In this document: positions 58,607 to 64,000 of the stretch, piece after piece
Position numbering within the stretch: the stretch's first letter is position 1
How the letters are laid out: each line of letters opens with the position of its first letter
DNA from: a virus
Lineage: Duplodnaviria; Caudoviricetes
DNA: 64,000 bases
Direction: 5' to 3' (one strand)
IMG/VR virus record: IMGVR_UViG_3300027566_000003
Position numbers and translations under genes: made by a program
The notes under the pieces: generated by a model
Database searches by the model: none
Told to the model about the DNA's origin: nothing
What the model saw: only the letters and a program-made list of their open reading frames with translations

Positions 58607-60202
58607 TTGGCACGAAGAAAAAAACAACATCAATCAATACCAATTCAAAAAACAATAATTAATACTCCTTCCTCCTTACCTTCTTCTATAAACACAGAAA
58701 CATCACCAGAACAATTTATGCGTAATTATGCTAATACTCTTTTTTCTACATTACAACAAATTAGAGAAAATCCATATTATATACCAATGTATGCGAATAG
58801 TTTAATGAAAGATATAAATATTGCTCCTTATAAACCTTCATCATCAGATATTGAAAATTGGTTAATATACCCTCAACAATTTGAACAACAACTAAGTAGT
58901 TTATCACAATATCTTGAAGGGGTAGTGATGCAATATGAAAGAACGATTTATCATTTTGCAACATTATTAACGTTTAATTATTATATATATCCAGTAACTT
59001 CTATTCCAACAGATAAAAAAGATTTATCTTCTTTTAAAAAATCATATAGTAAGGCATTGACTTGGTTAAGAAAATTTAGAGTGAAAGAACAACTTCAAAA
59101 TGTAATGTTAGGTATTATTAGAGAAGGTGGAAAGTATTATTATGTTAGAGAATCTTCCGATTTTATAGATTTACAGGAAATGCCACCTCAATGGTCTGTG
59201 ATAGATGGTAAAACTAGTTTAGGATATACATTTTCTTTTAATATGACTTTTTTTCTAAGAACACCTCAAGCTTTAGCAGATTATGCTCCAGAATTTGTAG
59301 AATGGTTTGATGATTTTTATGTAGATTATCAGACAAACAAAGGAATTCAATATTATAAACAAATGCCACCTGAAAAAAGTGTGGTATTTTTATTTGATGA
59401 TACAAAAGCAGCAAGATTAAACCCTTTAAGGTCATTATTTAAAGATGCTTTGGATGTTCAAGAATATAAGAAATTATTAAAAACAAAAACATTACTTGAC
59501 ACATGGAAATTGATATATATGAAATCTCCTTTAGATAAAGATGGTAAACCATCAATTGATTCTAAATTAATTGCAAATTGGGTTGCAACAGCTCAAGCAT
59601 CTCTCCCTTATGGTGCGGTAGCATTTGGAAGTCCATTAGACGCACAAGAATTAAGAGTTTCAGATAATCAATTTATTAATATTCTTGGTTCTCAAACTAA
59701 CGCAAAATTTTGGGAAAATGCTGGAGTAAATGCCAATATAATGGGGAATAGCGATGCAAAAAGTGCGTCAGCTATAAAAGCAAGTTTAGAAACAGATGTT
59801 AATTTTGTTTCCCATCTTTATCCGATTTTTGAAAGGTTTATAAATGCACAGTTAGCTCAAAAAACAGGAAAACATAAATTTGCTATAAAACTTTTTGGGG
59901 ATAAATTTAGTATTAAGGACACTCAAAAAGAATTAAAAGAAGCGATTCAATATGATGATAGTAACTATATTAAATGGATGGCATCTATGGATTATCAACC
60001 TTTTGAATTAGATGGTATGAATGGTATGATGGATGTTCTTGGTTTGAGAAAAAACATTAAACCACTTATGAGTAGTCATACTTTAAGTAGTAAAGATAAT
60101 AAAGGAGGAAAACCAACTGCGGAAGAATCGGGAGTAAATTTAGGAGATGCTGGAGAGATAACTTTAGATGCTGGTTCGAATGAAAATAAAATTACAGATT
60201 AA
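58607..60202 (+). CDS. portal protein (YonE-like)
   Basis: 531 aa, directly after terL. Confidence 0.75.
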   Translation: MARRKKQHQSIPIQKTIINTPSSLPSSINTETSPEQFMRNYANTLFSTLQQIRENPYYIPMYANSLMKDINIAPYKPSSSDIENWLIYPQQFEQQLSSLSQYLEGVVMQYERTIYHFATLLTFNYYIYPVTSIPTDKKDLSSFKKSYSKALTWLRKFRVKEQLQNVMLGIIREGGKYYYVRESSDFIDLQEMPPQWSVIDGKTSLGYTFSFNMTFFLRTPQALADYAPEFVEWFDDFYVDYQTNKGIQYYKQMPPEKSVVFLFDDTKAARLNPLRSLFKDALDVQEYKKLLKTKTLLDTWKLIYMKSPLDKDGKPSIDSKLIANWVATAQASLPYGAVAFGSPLDAQELRVSDNQFINILGSQTNAKFWENAGVNANIMGNSDAKSASAIKASLETDVNFVSHLYPIFERFINAQLAQKTGKHKFAIKLFGDKFSIKDTQKELKEAIQYDDSNYIKWMASMDYQPFELDGMNGMMDVLGLRKNIKPLMSSHTLSSKDNKGGKPTAEESGVNLGDAGEITLDAGSNENKITD

Positions 60203-60219
60203 AGGAAGGTGAATATTAT

Positions 60220-60765
60220 ATGTCAAAAAGTTTGTTGAGTCAAGGATTAATGGAAAATTTGAGATTAATTGTAAAATTTCTATTTGATGGAAATCGTATA
60301 CTCGATAGAATTATGGATAATCTAGCTGTTCCATTAGTTATGACAAAAACAGAAAAAATATTACATGTACCTTTGGATCATCAATATCCTCTTTTAGCAG
60401 ATGAAGTTGTCGACTATATGCACAGTAGAAATCAGATGAGTGGATATTTAGCAACAATTGAAGATATGACAGAGTATAATTCTCCATTAGAAGCTTTTAA
60501 AAGGTATTTAGATTATCAATTAAAATTGGAAGAATTAATAAAAGATACTATAGAAATGGCATCAGATGAAGAAGATAAGATGACTAAGAAATTTTTAAAT
60601 AATTTTTTATTTAAAATAGGTATTTACACAAACCAAGCTCTTTTATTAGTTGATAAAGCAGAAATGTATGGCGATGATAAATTTTCTTGGATGATGATGG
60701 ATAATAATGCAGATAATCTTTTGATTCCTGATTTAATTTTAATTTCTGATAAAGAAGATGATTAA
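60220..60765 (+). CDS. ferritin-like four-helix-bundle protein
   Basis: YNSPLEAF...Q..LEE.I...IEMA..EED..T..FL pattern. Confidence 0.6.
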   Translation: MSKSLLSQGLMENLRLIVKFLFDGNRILDRIMDNLAVPLVMTKTEKILHVPLDHQYPLLADEVVDYMHSRNQMSGYLATIEDMTEYNSPLEAFKRYLDYQLKLEELIKDTIEMASDEEDKMTKKFLNNFLFKIGIYTNQALLLVDKAEMYGDDKFSWMMMDNNADNLLIPDLILISDKEDD

Positions 60766-60767
60766 CT

Positions 60768-60965
60768 ATGTTTGTAAAAAATATAGAAGAAACTTTTGAT
60801 GAAAATGAAATATTTTATTGTGATAATTATAAGTTAAAAGACCTTTTAATAAAAAAAGGAATTTATTCTATTAATAACGGTTATAAAAAAAATAAACCAT
60901 ATTGGATTTTTATAAAAAGTAATGATTTATTAATGTGGATTAAAGAATTTAATTTTTGTAATTAA
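60768..60965 (+). CDS. small DUF5659-like protein
   Basis: FYC.N.KL..LL.K.G...YWIF.KS..L. Confidence 0.5.
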   Translation: MFVKNIEETFDENEIFYCDNYKLKDLLIKKGIYSINNGYKKNKPYWIFIKSNDLLMWIKEFNFCN

Positions 60966-60998
60966 TTCTTTAAAAATATAAAAAAAGGAGGAATAATA

Positions 60999-61442
60999 AT
61001 GAGTTCAAATTATTACAACGGTGATAGTGTAACAGAATTAAAAATTGATAGTTTAAAATTAGCAGATGGTGTTGCAATTACCGCGACTGGTGCTGAATTA
61101 AATATCCTCGATGGAGTGACAAAAACAGCAGCACAAATTAATTTATTAACTACAGGTGTGGCAGCAGGATATAAGATTGCATATGGCACAGCAACTATAG
61201 ATGCCGCTAGCAAAGATATTGCTACTGGACTAACTACTGTTGCAGGTGTTGTTGTATCTTTAGTTGGTGACCCAAGTTTAACACATATGTATTCAACTGC
61301 TACTGTAGGTAATCAAACGAATGCACCAATAGCTGGTAGCATTAGAATTAAGTCTTGGAAACCGACTGCAGCAAATGATGCTACTCCTATAGCAGCGACT
61401 TCAACATTTGCTTCAGTTTCCTGGGTTGCGATTGGGACTTAA
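60999..61442 (+). CDS. virion head fibre or decoration protein
   Basis: ITATGAELNILDGV repeat motif; Ala/Thr/Gly-rich. Confidence 0.6.
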   Translation: MSSNYYNGDSVTELKIDSLKLADGVAITATGAELNILDGVTKTAAQINLLTTGVAAGYKIAYGTATIDAASKDIATGLTTVAGVVVSLVGDPSLTHMYSTATVGNQTNAPIAGSIRIKSWKPTAANDATPIAATSTFASVSWVAIGT

Positions 61443-61488
61443 ATTTATTAAGTTTAATTAAATTCATGAATAGAGAGGTGGTGAATAT

Positions 61489-63321
61489 GTGAATGAAATT
61501 GTAAAATTTAATTGTGATAGGTTTACTATTATAGAAGATGATCCAAGATTTATAACTTGTAAATTTTATTTTGGTTTAATCGGAGAAAACGCTAATGGTT
61601 CAGTTCTTTTAAAGGAAGACTATGAAAACAATAAAGACACAATAGGATATACTCCTATTTGTGGGTATTTTAAAGGAAAAGATTTTGGAGAACATGACCC
61701 TAAAGAATATCCCATGGGTGGATTATTAAGTTTTGCTGATTGTGAATATTCTTATGAAGAATATGAAAATAAAATATATGCTGTTGCAAAAGGTATTATC
61801 CAAAAGGAATACTTAAACAAGGAAGCAGAAAACGTTCTGAAAAGCGAAACAAAAAAAATCAGCATAGAAATTGAAGTTTTAGAAAAAGAAAAACTTTCTA
61901 ATGGTAAATTTAGATTTAAAAAATGGATATATCAGTGTATTACTATTTTAGGTGATAAATATACCCAAGGAATGGGACTTGCTCATCTTGAAGTTTTAAA
62001 CAAACCAAGAGAAAAGTATGCAATTTTTGTTAGTAAAACAATTGAAAGTTTTTCGGAAAAAGAAAATAACAATATTTATAGATTAAAAATAAACTTAACT
62101 AAAGAATCTACTGATTTTGATACATCTTGGTCAGAAGTTGATAAAATTTCTTTAAGAGATAAGATTATGGGAGCAAGCAATTATAAAATATTAGTCAAAA
62201 AATGCTATTTAATGGTATTACCAGGATACGAAGATGCCCCTAGTGAAAAACTTAAATATCCAATATGTATGATAAAAGATAATACGTTAATTTTATCAGT
62301 TAAAGGATGTGAATCGGCATTATCTTATCTTGAGAAAAATACAGATGATCCTAATTATCAATCTGCAAAAAATAAATTGAGCAAATATTATAAGATTTTG
62401 GGATTATCAACAGAAAATTTTATAGAAAGTGAGGGTACAGATGTGGGATTTAATAAAACAGAATTCGCGCTATTAAATGGTATGACATCTAATCAAATTG
62501 AAGGTATTTTTGAAGATCAATGCAAAAGTGCCGGATTAGATTGTTGGATATCCGATTGGTCTGATAAATATGTTTTTATCTATGATTATAAGTCAAGTAT
62601 GCATAAAGCTATTCCTTATACTATGGAGGAAAATACATTTAAGCTTGATTTTGCAAATTACAAAAAGGCAATTTCTACTCAAGTATGGTTGGTTGACGGA
62701 GATGATGAGGGAGAAATTCCTGAAACAGATATGATTCAACAAATGGTTGCTTCTATCATGGATAAAATGGCATCCGAAAAATCTACAATGGAAGAAACTA
62801 TGACATGTGACAAGGCAAAGATGGAAGAACAATATACCTTAAAAGTAAATGAGTTAACCGAAGCAAATGAAAAGTTTGCTATTGAGAAAAATGAATTTTC
62901 AGAAAAAATATCTCAAAAGGATGAATCTATTCTTAAAATTGGTCAAGAATTGGATGAACTTAAAGAGAAATATTCATTAAAAGAAACAGAAGTAGAAGCT
63001 TTAAAATCTGATATTACTAAGTTTGCAAAAGACAAAAAAGAGTCTGAGGCAGAAACTATTCTTGCAAAATATTCTAAGAAGATAAGCGAGGAAGAAAGAA
63101 CAGAACTATTTTCTAAATTAGAAAAATTTTCCTCTGTGGAAGATTTTGAAAAAGAAGTTAAAGCTTTTGTATGTGATAAATATGAATCAGAAATTAAAGG
63201 GAAAGATATTTCTACATATTCACGTTTAGGATTGCCACCTGTAACAAATGAAGAAGTAAAGACCAATAATGAACATTGGACTTCTTATATATCTGAGTAT
63301 GTTCCTCAAGTACAAAAATAA
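61489..63321 (+). CDS. head maturation/scaffold protein (YonD-like)
   Basis: SIEIE, CITILG N-terminal domain and C-terminal coiled coil. Confidence 0.7.
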   Translation: MNEIVKFNCDRFTIIEDDPRFITCKFYFGLIGENANGSVLLKEDYENNKDTIGYTPICGYFKGKDFGEHDPKEYPMGGLLSFADCEYSYEEYENKIYAVAKGIIQKEYLNKEAENVLKSETKKISIEIEVLEKEKLSNGKFRFKKWIYQCITILGDKYTQGMGLAHLEVLNKPREKYAIFVSKTIESFSEKENNNIYRLKINLTKESTDFDTSWSEVDKISLRDKIMGASNYKILVKKCYLMVLPGYEDAPSEKLKYPICMIKDNTLILSVKGCESALSYLEKNTDDPNYQSAKNKLSKYYKILGLSTENFIESEGTDVGFNKTEFALLNGMTSNQIEGIFEDQCKSAGLDCWISDWSDKYVFIYDYKSSMHKAIPYTMEENTFKLDFANYKKAISTQVWLVDGDDEGEIPETDMIQQMVASIMDKMASEKSTMEETMTCDKAKMEEQYTLKVNELTEANEKFAIEKNEFSEKISQKDESILKIGQELDELKEKYSLKETEVEALKSDITKFAKDKKESEAETILAKYSKKISEEERTELFSKLEKFSSVEDFEKEVKAFVCDKYESEIKGKDISTYSRLGLPPVTNEEVKTNNEHWTSYISEYVPQVQK

Positions 63322-63349
63322 TTTTTAAAAAAGAAAGGATTGATTAATA

Positions 63350-63874
63350 ATGGCTTATAATATTGTTGAATTCATGAATGAGGCATCTTTTGATGCAGAC
63401 GTTTTAAGTGTACAAAACGCAACTCTTCCGCTTGATGATGGTTATCTTGGAAAATTAACAGGTTTGGTAAGTGGAGAGAGAGATTTATATCTTATTGCTG
63501 TACCTGCTGCCGTAACAACTGAAGAGGTAGTAATGGTTGTTGGAGCAGAGGTTTATGTTGATGCTAATGGAATGAGGGTTCCCTTGCACAACAAAGCAAG
63601 TTTTACTTATCCTGCCACCAGACCTGTTAGGGCATATCGCCTACGCGCTGGTATGAGATTTAAGGTTAATACTGCTGGAATTGATGGATCTCCTGTTGTT
63701 GGACAATATGTAATTCCAGTCAATGGAACATTCCAATATGCAGCCGCAGCAGATTTAACTGGTAATACAAGAGTTGCTTTTATTGTTGAAGAAACTGGAA
63801 CTGCAACTTGTAATATTTTTACTGGTAAGACTATGGTAGACGCAACAATTATTCGTGTAGTTAAAGGCGTATAA
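63350..63874 (+). CDS. capsid decoration protein (YonC-like)
   Basis: Position between the scaffold and capsid genes. Confidence 0.6.
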   Translation: MAYNIVEFMNEASFDADVLSVQNATLPLDDGYLGKLTGLVSGERDLYLIAVPAAVTTEEVVMVVGAEVYVDANGMRVPLHNKASFTYPATRPVRAYRLRAGMRFKVNTAGIDGSPVVGQYVIPVNGTFQYAAAADLTGNTRVAFIVEETGTATCNIFTGKTMVDATIIRVVKGV

Positions 63875-63913
63875 AAATATTAAATAAAATAATGAAAGGA
63901 ATGATAAATAATT

Positions 63914-64000
63914 ATGAATAGAATTGCTAGATTTTCTAAGAAACAAGTAGCCGCAGTAGAATTGGGTGTGGAATTATATAAGCATCATCTTTATGAGAAA
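63914..64000 (+). CDS. probable major capsid protein, N-terminus (truncated by window)
   Basis: MNRIARFSKKQVAAVELGVELYKHHLYEK; called from synteny only. Confidence 0.45.
   Translation, partial: MNRIARFSKKQVAAVELGVELYKHHLYEK

Noticed and set aside
2114-63946. Opposite-strand or alternate-frame ORFs in the track (e.g. 2114+, 4016+, 6141+, 13412+, 24117+, 25997-, 38988-, 46006-, 57406-, 62943-)
   Set aside because: They overlap well-supported genes, lack SDs and have Phe/Leu/Ile/Ser-biased composition typical of shadow ORFs.
1-64000. CRISPR array, or Cas12f interpretation of the RuvC protein
   Set aside because: I found no repeat-spacer array of 25-40-nt repeats; the adjacent tnpA and IS hairpin indicate TnpB.

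Overview
64-kb segment of a large, AT-rich SPbeta/c-st-like siphophage or phage-plasmid of a Bacillota host (probably Clostridia). No host chromosomal genes are recognisable. (1) Minus-strand accessory arm, about 1-28 kb: an IS200/IS605 element (tnpA + tnpB), about 55 small genes, a Zn-ribbon tyrosine recombinase, an SprT-like protease, an XRE regulator, a BRO antirepressor, an ArdC-like protein, a phage-borne sliding clamp (dnaN) and a DUF262 protein. (2) A largely non-coding strand-switch region, about 27-29.9 kb, with a DnaA-box cluster and mirror-image base skew. (3) Plus-strand arm: HNH endonuclease, putative replication initiator with upstream inverted repeats, ParB-HNH fusion, UvrD-like helicase, CoiA-like nuclease, YonO-like single-subunit RNA polymerase, PIN-PhoH, HU, tRNA-Thr, phosphoesterase, ClpP-like protease, antirepressor, frameshifted HNH gene, terminase, portal and head genes up to the start of the major capsid gene. 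Two candidate undescribed systems stand out. (a) A coiled-coil protein gene (47307-47948) is followed directly by a ~350-nt structured RNA with a 14-bp closing stem, a pseudoknot and 12 in-phase 7-nt repeats. (b) More than 20 copies of a 5-6-5 palindrome (consensus TAAAA-N6-TTTTA) mark gene boundaries in the accessory arm, suggesting a recombinase-driven gene-cassette array. All protein family calls come from motif recognition only; no database search was run.
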